Of a stretch of DNA of 64,000 nt, positions 43,514 through 55,144 are shown piece by piece. Under the pieces are notes generated by a model. That model made no database searches. It was not told where the DNA came from and worked only from the letters and a program-made list of their open reading frames with translations. Position numbers and translations under genes: made by a program. Position 1 is the first letter of the stretch; the number at the start of each line of letters is the position of its first letter. The stretch lies in NCBI GenBank assembly GCA_963816355.1, contig CAWFKH010000003.1, positions 1,056,001-1,120,000 on the forward strand, given 5' to 3'. Origin of the DNA: an uncultured Gemmatimonadales bacterium. GTDB lineage: Bacteria > Gemmatimonadota > Gemmatimonadetes > Longimicrobiales > RSA9.

Positions 43514-44496
43514 ACCGCCCCCGCCCTCATCAGGTCGTGCAAGTGGACGACGCCGAGGAGCCGCCGCTCGTCGTCCACGACCGGCAGCGCCATGACGCCG
43601 TGCGTCTCCATCGTGTATACCGCCGCCGCCGCGAGCTGGTCCGGAACCGCGAGCTTCGGCCGCGCGTTCATCACGCGCCCCACCCCCACGCCGAGCACGT
43701 CCTCCTCGCGCTCCATCAGACGCGTCAGGTCGCCGGCGGTCACGACGCCGATCACGCGCCCCGCGTCGTCGACGATCGGCACCATGCCGCGCTTCTCCGC
43801 CAGCAGCACGACGCACTGTCTCATGGTGGCGTCCGGCCCGAGCGAGGGATAGTCGTCGCCGACCATGACGTCGCGCACGCGCAGCGTGAGCTTGCGGCCG
43901 AGCGCGCCGCCCGGATGGAGGCGGGCGAAGTCCTCACGCGTGAAGTCACGACCGAGCAGCAGCGCGACCGCGAGCGCGTCGCCGAGCGCGAGCGTCACCG
44001 TCGTCGACGTGGTGGGCGCGAGGTCGAAGGGGCACGCCTCCTCCGCCACCGAGCAATCGAGGACCACCGCCGCGGCCCGCCCGAGTGCGGAGTCGGCGCG
44101 CCCGGTCATCGCGACGATCGGCACGCCGAGCCGCGTCAGGTACTCGATTAGGCCGTGCAGCTCCTCCGAGTCGCCGCTCTTCGAGATCAGGATCGCCACG
44201 TCGTCCCGCCCCACCACGCCGAGGTCACCGTGCAGCCCTTCGACCGGGTGCAGGAAGAGCGCGGGCGTGCCGGTGGAGGTGAGCGTCGCGGCGATCTTGC
44301 GGCCGACGATGCCGCTCTTGCCCACGCCGCTCACGATCGCGCGGCCGCCGGCCGCCGCGATCCGCTCGACCGCCTCGAGGAACGACTCACCGAGGCGAGC
44401 TTCGAGCGCGACCAGGGCGTCCGCCTCCGCGCGGATCACCGCGCGCGCTCGCTCCAGCAGCTCGGCCGGCGACCGCGTCGTCCGCGCGACGCTCAC
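43510..44496 (-). CDS. kdsD: Arabinose-5-phosphate isomerase (KpsF/GutQ; SIS + CBS)
   Basis: GVGKSGIVGRKIAATLTSTGTP, HGDLG, EACPFDLAPTTST, HPGGALG. Confidence 0.96.
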   Translation of the reverse strand: MSVARTTRSPAELLERARAVIRAEADALVALEARLGESFLEAVERIAAAGGRAIVSGVGKSGIVGRKIAATLTSTGTPALFLHPVEGLHGDLGVVGRDDVAILISKSGDSEELHGLIEYLTRLGVPIVAMTGRADSALGRAAAVVLDCSVAEEACPFDLAPTTSTTVTLALGDALAVALLLGRDFTREDFARLHPGGALGRKLTLRVRDVMVGDDYPSLGPDATMRQCVVLLAEKRGMVPIVDDAGRVIGVVTAGDLTRLMEREEDVLGVGVGRVMNARPKLAVPDQLAAAAVYTMETHGVMALPVVDDERRLLGVVHLHDLMRAGAV

Positions 44497-45056
44497 GACG
44501 GCGCCGCCGGATCGCGCTCGCGCGCGTAGCGATCAACCGCCTCGACCCACTCGCCGCGCGCGCGCAGCAACGCCTCCGCGAACTCGCGGACGGCGCCGCG
44601 GCCTCCACTCCGGCGGGTGCGCCAGCGGGAGAGGCGGTGCGCTTCGTCGGTGGCGTTCGCGACCGTCACCGGGAGCGCGGCGCGGCGCAGCGCCGGCAGG
44701 TCCGGAAGGTCGTCCCCCACCACCGCCACCTCATCCCAGGAGCAATCCGCGTCGCGGATCGCCCGTTCGAACGCCGCGAGCTTGTAGCCGTCCTCCGCCT
44801 GGTGCGACGGCACGCCGAGCTCCTCCGCGCGGATCCGCGTCGCCGGCGATTCCCGGCCGCTCACGATCGCCACGCGCAGACCGGCGGACACCAGCAGCTT
44901 GATGCCGAGCCCGTCCGGGATGTCGAACCGCTTGAGCTCCACCCGGCCGCCCGCGCCCTCTCCCACGTAGACGCCGCCGTCGGTGAGCACGCCATCTACG
45001 TCGAGGATGACGAGGCGGATGCGGCGCGCGACCTCGGCGGGGATGCGCTCACCCAC
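44493..45056 (-). CDS. kdsC: KDO-8-phosphate phosphatase
   Basis: LDVDGVLTDG, DGLGIK, VGDDLPD, GGRGAVRE. Confidence 0.94.
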   Translation of the reverse strand: MGERIPAEVARRIRLVILDVDGVLTDGGVYVGEGAGGRVELKRFDIPDGLGIKLLVSAGLRVAIVSGRESPATRIRAEELGVPSHQAEDGYKLAAFERAIRDADCSWDEVAVVGDDLPDLPALRRAALPVTVANATDEAHRLSRWRTRRSGGRGAVREFAEALLRARGEWVEAVDRYARERDPAAPS

Positions 45057-45885
45057 GGACGGCTCCGGTGAGGCGGGAAGCCGCTACCACGGCGCGGATC
45101 TCGAGCGCGGTCTCGACCAACGGGCGCAGCGCGTCCAGCGACAGCATGCTCGTGGCGTCCGACGGCGCGCTGGCGGGGTCCGGGTGCGTCTCGAGGAAGA
45201 GCGCGTCGGCGCCCGCGGCCACCGCAGCGCGCACCAGCGCCGGAATGAAGTCCGGGTCGCCGCCACTCGCGCCCCCCGCCCGACCCGGCCGCTGCACCGA
45301 GTGCGTGCCGTCGAAGACGACGCGCGCCCCGCTCGCCGCGCGCATGCGCGCGAACGATCGCATGTCCACAACCAGGTCGCCGTAGCCGAAGAAGGTGCCC
45401 CGCTCCGTCACGACGACGCCGCCGCCGCCGGCCGCGCGCGCCTTCGCCACCGCGCCGGCGATCCCCTCCGGCGCCATCCACTGTCCCTTCTTGATGTTGA
45501 GCGCACGGCCGGTCGCGGCCGCGGCGACGATCAGGTCCGTCTGGCGGCAGAGGAAGGCGGGGATCTGGAGGACGTCGCACACGTCGGCGGCGGCGGCGAC
45601 CTGGGTCGTCTCGTGGACGTCCGTGAGCAGCGGAAGACCCGTCTCGCGGCCCACGCGCTCCAGCCGCCGCAGCCCATCTTCCAGGCCAGGCCCGCGCGCC
45701 GCGCCTTCACGGCTGCGGTTCGCCTTGTCGAAGGACGCCTTGAAGACCACCGGCAACGACAGTGCCTCGCCCAGACGCGCGAGCGCCTCGCCGACCCGGA
45801 CGTTCAACGCGTCGTCCTCCAGGACGCACGGCCCCGCGATCAGGAAGAACGGCCCGCCCGGGCGGCAGAGGTCGGAAACGGGCAT
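45049..45885 (-). CDS. kdsA: KDO-8-phosphate synthase
   Basis: IAGPCVLE, KASFDKANRS, QIPAFLCRQTDL, KKGQW, ERGTFFGY, DGTHSVQ. Confidence 0.97.
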   Translation of the reverse strand: MPVSDLCRPGGPFFLIAGPCVLEDDALNVRVGEALARLGEALSLPVVFKASFDKANRSREGAARGPGLEDGLRRLERVGRETGLPLLTDVHETTQVAAAADVCDVLQIPAFLCRQTDLIVAAAATGRALNIKKGQWMAPEGIAGAVAKARAAGGGGVVVTERGTFFGYGDLVVDMRSFARMRAASGARVVFDGTHSVQRPGRAGGASGGDPDFIPALVRAAVAAGADALFLETHPDPASAPSDATSMLSLDALRPLVETALEIRAVVAASRLTGAVRG

Positions 45886-45886
45886 G

Positions 45887-48383
<2,497 letters not shown>

Positions 48384-48468
48384 GGATCAGGAGGTAGTGG
48401 TCGAAGCGGCGGGACCGCCGCGCTCTGCAATTTTCACGCCTGAAATCTAATGGCGGCGGGCGGGCGTG

Positions 48469-50052
48469 TCAAAAGGTGGAGCCGCCGGATCGCTCCCATG
48501 GGTAGTGGCGGCCGAAGGGCCACTTCAACCCGATGTCGAAGTCCGCGTCGCCCAGGTCGGATGGGTCGGCGAGGACGCGGAGATAGAGGGTGAAGAACTG
48601 GAGGCGGGCGCCCACGTTCTGCTCGAACGCGGGACGCCGGTCGTCCGACCACGCCATGCCCAGGTAGTCGAGGATCTCGAGGTCGGGGACGCCGAGGAAG
48701 GGCACGCGCCAGCGCTGCGGCAGCGGAAACCGGTACATCGTCTTGGTGAAGACGAGGCGGTCGCCGCGGAACGCCGCGCGCGGGAAGGTGTGCAGGGTGT
48801 GCGACCCGCCCACGAAGGTCCAGCGCTGGAGCGGGAGCGAGTCGGTGCCTGGAAGCGGACCGCGAAGCCAGAGTCGGATGCGGAGCGTCTGGCGGCGGAA
48901 CGTGTTGACGGCCCAGTCGGCGTGGAGCTGATAGCGGCCGAAGGCGAAGTCTCCGCCCGCCGCGTGGCCCGCGAGCTCGACGCGGCCGGCGGCGCCGATC
49001 ACGGCGGAGCGCCCCTTCCAGGCGAGCGTTCCGTCGAGCAGAGCGCTCGCGACGACGCCGTCGTCGATCGCCGGGTTGGGCGTGACGGAGTCCTGGCTGG
49101 AGATCGTCCACGGATCGTGCGCGCCGAGCGAGCGGTCCTCCTCGCGCTGCACCTCGGCGCGCACGGTCCACTGCGTCTGCCCGGTGCTCCAGGCGCGTTG
49201 CGCGGACGCGTACACGCGGCGTGCGTCGTAGTAGTCGCGGTAGTCGTGCTGCTTGAGCAGGAAGGCGATCGAGTTGGCCCCGTCGGTCTCGAGCCAGGCG
49301 TCGTTCGTGAAGGTGGCCCGCTCCAGGCCCACCGTGAAGCGGGCGTCCGGAGCGCCAATGCGGCCCTCTACCGTGCCGCCGAAGTCGCCGCGCGCGGAGT
49401 AGTAGCGGCCAAGCGCGAAGAGAGCGGGCTGCAGGCGCCCGCCCGCCGGATCGCGCACACCCGCGCCCCACCCGAGCGCGAGTCCGTCCACGCGGTCGTA
49501 GGTCGGAATCGCGAAGCCGAGCGGACCCTCGAAGAAGACCACACTCCTGCCCGAGCTGAGACCTTCGATGGCGATCGTGCCGTCGCGCCGCTCCACGCGG
49601 TAGCGAGCGAGCGGGCGATCCTCCGTCGCGCCCGTCACCTCCGCGAGCTGCGACCGGTACAGCCCGCCGGCCAGGCTGACGACGTCGCCGTGAACGCGCG
49701 CCGAAGGCCGCAAAAAGACGTTGGAGCCGACCGCGACGACGTCGCCGTCGACGACCGTCGAGATCGCCACCGTCGCGTCCAGGATGAGCAGCGGCCCGTG
49801 AAGGGTATCGCGCTGCAGCACCGTGTCGCTCGCGATGAGCGTGTACGGTCCCTCCAGGACCGCCGAGAGGCGCTCCTGCAGCGCCATCCCACGGTGACCG
49901 GTCAGAACCACCCGCTGGGCCCGCAGCGGCAGCGCGCTCGCCAGCAGCGACAGCGCGACGCCGAGCAGGAGCGCGCGTCCCCGCAGAAGTCCCCTTCCCC
50001 GCAGGAGCGCGTGCCGGCGCGGCCGAGGCGGGCCCCTCCGCAGCGGCGCCAT
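48469..50052 (-). CDS. Exported protein: beta-helix-like N-terminus plus probable outer-membrane beta-barrel
   Basis: Signal peptide ending LRA-Q; VDGDVVAVGSNV..VHGDVVSLAGG repeats; YDRVDGL; amphipathic strands with GGSHTL and FRGDR; C-terminal Phe. Confidence 0.7.
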   Translation of the reverse strand: MAPLRRGPPRPRRHALLRGRGLLRGRALLLGVALSLLASALPLRAQRVVLTGHRGMALQERLSAVLEGPYTLIASDTVLQRDTLHGPLLILDATVAISTVVDGDVVAVGSNVFLRPSARVHGDVVSLAGGLYRSQLAEVTGATEDRPLARYRVERRDGTIAIEGLSSGRSVVFFEGPLGFAIPTYDRVDGLALGWGAGVRDPAGGRLQPALFALGRYYSARGDFGGTVEGRIGAPDARFTVGLERATFTNDAWLETDGANSIAFLLKQHDYRDYYDARRVYASAQRAWSTGQTQWTVRAEVQREEDRSLGAHDPWTISSQDSVTPNPAIDDGVVASALLDGTLAWKGRSAVIGAAGRVELAGHAAGGDFAFGRYQLHADWAVNTFRRQTLRIRLWLRGPLPGTDSLPLQRWTFVGGSHTLHTFPRAAFRGDRLVFTKTMYRFPLPQRWRVPFLGVPDLEILDYLGMAWSDDRRPAFEQNVGARLQFFTLYLRVLADPSDLGDADFDIGLKWPFGRHYPWERSGGSTF

Positions 50053-50630
50053 CAGAGCGCCGCCAGGAAGTTCTCGATCACCGCCCGGCCTCCCTCGCTC
50101 GCAACCGACTCCGGATGGAACTGGACGCCCCACACCGGGTGCGCCCGGTGCGCGACCGCCTGTACCTCGTCCTCCCAGCCCTCCTCGTCGGTCCACGCCG
50201 TCACCTCCAACGCCTCCGGCAGCGACGCCCGCTCCAGCGCGAGCGAATGGTAGCGGGTCACCGTCAGCGTCTCCGGCAGTCCGGCGAACAGCCCTCCCCC
50301 ACCGTGCCGGATCCGCGACCGCTTCCCGTGCATCACGCGCCGCCCACGCACCAATCGCGCCCCGTACGCGACCCCGATCGCCTGATGCCCCAGGCACACC
50401 CCCAGCATCGGCACGCGCGACCCCAGCCGCCGCACGCACTCCACGCTCACCCCGGCCTCCGCCGGCGTGCACGGGCCGGGCGAGATCACGATCCCGGCCG
50501 GCCCCATCCGCTCGATCTCCGCCACCGACACCTCGTCGTTGCGCCGCACCGTCGGCTCCGCGCCGAGCTCCCCCAGCAGCTGCACGAGGTTGAAGGTGAA
50601 GGAATCGTAGTTGTCGATCACCAGCAGCAT
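50052..50630 (-). CDS. Aminodeoxychorismate/anthranilate synthase component II (PabA/TrpG)
   Basis: IDNYDSFTFNL, ISPGPCTP, GVCLGHQ, MHGK, RYHSL, GVQFHPES. Confidence 0.96.
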   Translation of the reverse strand: MLLVIDNYDSFTFNLVQLLGELGAEPTVRRNDEVSVAEIERMGPAGIVISPGPCTPAEAGVSVECVRRLGSRVPMLGVCLGHQAIGVAYGARLVRGRRVMHGKRSRIRHGGGGLFAGLPETLTVTRYHSLALERASLPEALEVTAWTDEEGWEDEVQAVAHRAHPVWGVQFHPESVASEGGRAVIENFLAAL

Positions 50631-50738
50631 GGCAGCGAAGCTACCACCGCCGACGGTGGTCAACAACCCCGCGGCCGCCGCCAGCGCAACGAGAAACCAC
50701 TTGATATGATCCGTGGCATCTTACTCCCTATCATTGCT

Positions 50739-51623
50739 TTATGCGCGTGGATGGAAGCGGCGGTGCACGTCGCGCAGGTACTCGCGGTCGACGTGCGTAT
50801 AGATCTGCGTCGTCGAGATGTCGGCGTGGCCGAGCATCTCCTGGACGGAGGCGAGGTCGGCGCCGCCTTCGAGGAGGTGGGTGGCGAAGGAGTGCCGCAG
50901 GACGTGGGGCGTGACGCGCCGCGTGATGCCGGCGCGACGAACGTGCTTGCGCAGGATCTTCCAGACGCCCATCCGGGAGAGCGGGCCGCCGCGGGCGTTG
51001 AGGAAGACGCGGCCGCTTCCGGCGCCGCGGTCGAGGTGGGGCCGGAGCTCGCGGAGGTAGAGGTCGAGCGCACGGCTGGCGGCGCGGCCGACGGGGACGA
51101 GGCGCTCCTTGGAGCCCTTGCCGAAGACACGGGCGAAGCCGTCCTCGAGGAGGAGGTCGCGCACGCCGAGGGAGATCAGCTCTCCGACGCGGACGCCGGA
51201 AGCGTAGGCGAACTCGAGGAGCGCCTTGTCACGCCAGTAGAGGCGGTCGTTCGGGTCGGGGGCCTCGAGGAGGCGGAGCACGTCGTCGCGTGAGAGGACG
51301 GAAGGCAGGCGCCGCCAGGCGCGGGGCGTGTCGACCCGTTCGGTGGGGTCGGCGACGACGACGCCCTCCGCGAGCAGGAAGGCGAAGTACGTGCGGATCG
51401 CGGAGAGGTTGCGCCGGATGGAGCTCGGCTTGAGGCCGCGGTCCTTGAGGCCGTAGACGAACTCGCGGAGGTCGGCCCCGTCGACGTCGGCGGGGCGGCG
51501 TACGCCACGGGCGTGCAGGAATTCGATCATGCGGGCGACGTCTCTCCGGTAGGCATCGAGGGTGCGCGGGGCGAGGCCGCGCTCGATGCCGAGGTGGTCG
51601 AGGAACGGCTGGAGCGGGAACAT
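50739..51623 (-). CDS. xerD: Tyrosine recombinase XerD
   Basis: ERGLAPRTLDAYRRD, YASGVRVGEL, GKGSKERLVP, TPHVLRHSFATHLLEGGADL, LGHADISTTQIYTHV, HPRA end. Confidence 0.94.
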   Translation of the reverse strand: MFPLQPFLDHLGIERGLAPRTLDAYRRDVARMIEFLHARGVRRPADVDGADLREFVYGLKDRGLKPSSIRRNLSAIRTYFAFLLAEGVVVADPTERVDTPRAWRRLPSVLSRDDVLRLLEAPDPNDRLYWRDKALLEFAYASGVRVGELISLGVRDLLLEDGFARVFGKGSKERLVPVGRAASRALDLYLRELRPHLDRGAGSGRVFLNARGGPLSRMGVWKILRKHVRRAGITRRVTPHVLRHSFATHLLEGGADLASVQEMLGHADISTTQIYTHVDREYLRDVHRRFHPRA

Positions 51624-51626
51624 CCC

Positions 51627-52235
51627 TCACTCGCTCGTGCGGCCGCGCCACCACCAGAGCAGCAGGCCGGCGGCGAGCAAAAGGGCAGCGGCGAGGAGCA
51701 CGGCGTTCAGGCGGTCGAGCGTGTCGCGAATGCGCTCCCAGTTCTCCCCGGCGGTGAAGCCGACGTAGAGCAGACCGCCGTACCAGAGGGCGGAGGCGGC
51801 GGCGGTCGAGATGGCCATGCGGGCGAAGCGCACGCGCGTGACGCCCGCGAAGACCGGGACAATGGCGCGGAAGGCGGGAAGGAATCGGCTCATGAAGATG
51901 GCGGGCGCGCCCCAGCGCTGAAAGAAGCGGGCGATGCGGTCGAGCTGACCGGGATGGAGCAGCCAGCGGCCGGCGCGAGAGCGCACGAGGCGGCGGCCGT
52001 GACGCAGGAAGAGGAGATAGACGCCGATCGCGGAAGCGACGTTGGCGCCCCAGGTGACGAGGAACGCCGCCCACGGCTCCGCGCGGCCGCGCGCCGCGAT
52101 GAAGCCGCCGAAGAGGACGAACGTGTCCGCGGGCACCGGAGGGACCACGTTCTCGAGCGCGGCACCGAGTCCCAGCACCACGTACACCGCGAGCGGGGGG
52201 AGGCCGACCAGCCAGTCCAGCGCGCGGTCGAGCAT
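51627..52235 (-). CDS. DedA family membrane protein
   Basis: ENVVPPVPAD, SRFLPAFR, AGVTR. Confidence 0.9.
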   Translation of the reverse strand: MLDRALDWLVGLPPLAVYVVLGLGAALENVVPPVPADTFVLFGGFIAARGRAEPWAAFLVTWGANVASAIGVYLLFLRHGRRLVRSRAGRWLLHPGQLDRIARFFQRWGAPAIFMSRFLPAFRAIVPVFAGVTRVRFARMAISTAAASALWYGGLLYVGFTAGENWERIRDTLDRLNAVLLAAALLLAAGLLLWWWRGRTSE

Positions 52236-52248
52236 GGAAGGTGCCGGC

Positions 52249-52728
52249 TCAGCCGTCCACGCGGTCGACGAGCGCGACGGCGATGGCGGCGATGCCCTCT
52301 CCCGCCCCGATCCAGCCCATCCCCTCGTTGGTCTTCGCCTTCACGGAGACGTGAGTGGAGCCGATCGCGAGCGCCGCCGCGAGCCGCTCGCGCATCGCCG
52401 CCGCATGGCGGGCGATGCGGGGCGCCTCGCACAACACGCTCACGTCGACGTTCACCACCTGGTAGTTCCGCTCCGCGAGCATGTGGGCCGCGTCCTGGAG
52501 CATCTGGAGCGAATCCGCGTCGCGCCAGCGGGGATCGTCCGGCGGGAAGTGCGCCCCGATGTCGCCGAGGGCCGCCGCGCCGAGGATCGCATCCGTCACC
52601 GCATGGGCGACCGCGTCGGCATCGGAGTGACCGGCGAGGCCGCGCTCGGCGGGGATCTCGACGCCCCCGAGGATCAGCCGGCGGCCCTCCGCGAAGCGGT
52701 GGGAGTCGTAGCCGACGCCGACTCTCAC
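52249..52728 (-). CDS. ispF: 2-C-methyl-D-erythritol 2,4-cyclodiphosphate synthase
   Basis: GYDSHRF, GHSDAD, GDIGAHFP, VKAKTNEGMG; GTGA overlap with mqnC. Confidence 0.96.
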   Translation of the reverse strand: MRVGVGYDSHRFAEGRRLILGGVEIPAERGLAGHSDADAVAHAVTDAILGAAALGDIGAHFPPDDPRWRDADSLQMLQDAAHMLAERNYQVVNVDVSVLCEAPRIARHAAAMRERLAAALAIGSTHVSVKAKTNEGMGWIGAGEGIAAIAVALVDRVDG

Positions 52729-53972
52729 GCCGCCGCGACGGGGGCGCAGCAGGGGCAGCCGTCGGGGCTCTCGTCGACCAGGGAGTAGTTCTGGTAGCGG
52801 CGCCGCGCCGCGAAGCCGGCGTCCTCGATGAGACGGACGATCTCCGCTTCCGGCATGATGTAGTCGGTGCCGGCGGCGCTCACGACGTTCTCCTCGATCA
52901 TCAGGGAGCCGAAGTCGTTGGCGCCGAAAGAGAGGGCGAGCTGCGCCATCTTGGGCCCCTGCGTCACGTAGGAGACCTGGACGTTGTCGAAGTCGTCGAG
53001 CACGAGACGGCCGAGGGCGGTCATGCGGAGGTAGTCCATCCCGGTGCCGAGCTCGAGCCCCCAATCCTGCATCTCGGTGTGCAGCGGCTGGAACGACCAG
53101 GCGATGAAGGCGGTGTAGCGGCCCGCGTGCCCGGCCGCGATGCTGCGCGCCTGCGACGCGCGCAGCCGCGCGAGGTGCTCGAGCCGATCCTCCCACGTCT
53201 CGCCGACGCCGTACATCATGGTGGCCGTCGTGAAAAGGCCCGCCTCGTGCGCCGCCTCGTGGATCTCGAGCCAGCGGCTGGAGTCGATCTTCTTCGGCGC
53301 GATGTAGTCACGCACGGCGTCGACCAGGATCTCGCCGCCGGCGCCCGGCATCGAATCGAGGCCGGCCTCGGCCAGCTCGCGGAAGACCCGGTCGACGGGC
53401 ACCTTCGCGACCTTCGAGATCAGCTCGATCTCGGACGCGGAGAAGCCGTGGACGTGAATCGGATGGCGCTCCTTGATGAAGCGCAGCAGCCCGGTGTACC
53501 AGTCCAGCGGCAGGTACGGATTGTGACCGCCCTGCATCAGGATCTGCACCGCGCCGCGCTCCTTCGCCTCGTCGATCTTGGCGCCGATCTCCTCGTAGTC
53601 GAGGACGTACGCCTCCTCGTCCTTCGGCCGGCGATAGAAGGCGCAGAAACGGCAATCCGTGATGCAGACGTTGCTGTAGTTGATGTTGCGGTCGCAGATG
53701 TAGGTGACCTCGGGACGGGCCCGCTCCAGCCGCGCGGCGTGCGCGCGGGTGCCGAGCTCGAGCAGCGGCGTCGTACGGAGCACCTCCAGCCACTCGCCGA
53801 TCTCGGCGGCGTGCGGGCGCGCATCGAGCGGCGGCGGAACGTACGACGGCCGCGGCGTCGAGCGACGCATCCCTTCCGATCCCTCCGGGGTGGGCTCGCG
53901 GCGCCGCGGCGCGACGGTCGAGAGGATCGGCAGCGCCGTGCCGCCGGCCGAGCGGTTCCCGTCGCCGCTCAC
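52725..53972 (-). CDS. mqnC: Cyclic dehypoxanthine futalosine synthase (radical SAM)
   Basis: DRNINYSNVCITDCRFCAFYR, QILMQGG, PGAGGEIL, TATMMYG, GANDFGSLMIEENVVSAAG; start approximate (GTGA overlap with mqnE). Confidence 0.9.
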   Translation of the reverse strand: MSGDGNRSAGGTALPILSTVAPRRREPTPEGSEGMRRSTPRPSYVPPPLDARPHAAEIGEWLEVLRTTPLLELGTRAHAARLERARPEVTYICDRNINYSNVCITDCRFCAFYRRPKDEEAYVLDYEEIGAKIDEAKERGAVQILMQGGHNPYLPLDWYTGLLRFIKERHPIHVHGFSASEIELISKVAKVPVDRVFRELAEAGLDSMPGAGGEILVDAVRDYIAPKKIDSSRWLEIHEAAHEAGLFTTATMMYGVGETWEDRLEHLARLRASQARSIAAGHAGRYTAFIAWSFQPLHTEMQDWGLELGTGMDYLRMTALGRLVLDDFDNVQVSYVTQGPKMAQLALSFGANDFGSLMIEENVVSAAGTDYIMPEAEIVRLIEDAGFAARRRYQNYSLVDESPDGCPCCAPVAAA

Positions 53973-55108
53973 CACGTCCCCACCACGTTGTAGAGGGCGT
54001 CGCGCTCGACCGGCCGCTTGCCCGCGTCCTTCACCAGGCGGACGATCTCGCGGAACGTCATCCCCTGCGGCGTGGTGGCGCCCGCCTCGTGGTATATCTT
54101 CTCCCGCACGACGGTGCCTTCGAGGTCGTCGACGCCGAAGTGGAGCGCGATCTGGCTCACCTTCGCGGTGTTCATGATCCAGTGCGTCTTGATGTGGTCG
54201 AAGTTGTCGAGGAAGAGCCGGCCAACGGCCAGGTTCTTGAGATCGTCGAAGCCGGTGGTGGCCGTTCCCTGCCGTCCGAGCTCCGCGCCGAGCTCGTTGT
54301 GGTCCGGGTGATACGCGAGCGGGATGTAGGTGAGGAAGCCGCGGGTCTCGTCCTGCAGGTCGCGCAGCATCTGCAGGTGCTCCATGCGGTCGGCGAACGT
54401 CTCGACGTGGCCGTACAACATGGTGCAGTTCGTCGGGATGCCGAGGCCGTGCGCCACGCGGTGAACTTCGATCCACTCCTCCGCCACCAGCTTGCGGTCA
54501 GCGATCCGCGAGCGAACGCTCTTCGAGAAGACCTCCGCCCCGCCGCCCGGCATCGAATCGAGGCCCGCCGCCCGCAGGCGCGTCAGCACGTCCGCGAAGC
54601 TGGTCTTCTCGATGCGCGCGAGGTTGGCGATCTCGACCGCCGTGAGCGCCTTCACCTCGACGCCCGGGTGCCGCTCCTTCAGACCGCGGATCATCTGCTC
54701 GTAGTATTCGAGGCGCAGCTTCGGGTGCAGTCCGCCCACGATGTGGAACTCGCGGATCGGGGCGTCGTGGGCGCCGTCCCCCTCCGCCACCGCCTCCTCC
54801 ACGCTCATCGTGTACGCCCCCTCCTCCTTCGGCATGCGCGCGTAGGAGCAGAAGGTGCACGTGTTGCGGAGAATGCAGACGTTCGTCGGGTTGATGTGCT
54901 GGTTGGCGACGATGAAGACGCGGTCGCCGTTCCGGGCGCGGTTCACGTGATCGGCGAGGGCGCCGACCGTGAGCAGGTCGCGCGTCTCGAAGAGCGCGAT
55001 GCCGTCCTGTGCGCTCAGCCGGTCGCCGGCGAGGACCTTCTCCGCGACCGGCACCAGGGCGGGATCGCGCGGCGCGAAGGGGAGCACCTCGGATATGACG
55101 GCAGACAT
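53969..55108 (-). CDS. mqnE: Aminofutalosine synthase (radical SAM)
   Basis: HINPTNVC, EFHIVGGLHP, VKALTAVEI, PGGGAEVF, NCTMLYGHVE, RDLQDET, HIKTHW, EKIYHEAGA. Confidence 0.92.
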   Translation of the reverse strand: MSAVISEVLPFAPRDPALVPVAEKVLAGDRLSAQDGIALFETRDLLTVGALADHVNRARNGDRVFIVANQHINPTNVCILRNTCTFCSYARMPKEEGAYTMSVEEAVAEGDGAHDAPIREFHIVGGLHPKLRLEYYEQMIRGLKERHPGVEVKALTAVEIANLARIEKTSFADVLTRLRAAGLDSMPGGGAEVFSKSVRSRIADRKLVAEEWIEVHRVAHGLGIPTNCTMLYGHVETFADRMEHLQMLRDLQDETRGFLTYIPLAYHPDHNELGAELGRQGTATTGFDDLKNLAVGRLFLDNFDHIKTHWIMNTAKVSQIALHFGVDDLEGTVVREKIYHEAGATTPQGMTFREIVRLVKDAGKRPVERDALYNVVGTW

Positions 55109-55144
55109 CGTATCACTCGTCCCGTGGAGAGAAGCCGTATTGAA

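Noticed and set aside
50739..51623. Tyrosine recombinase as a phage or ICE integrase
   Set aside because: Length, motifs and housekeeping context fit chromosomal XerD; no cargo or att sites.
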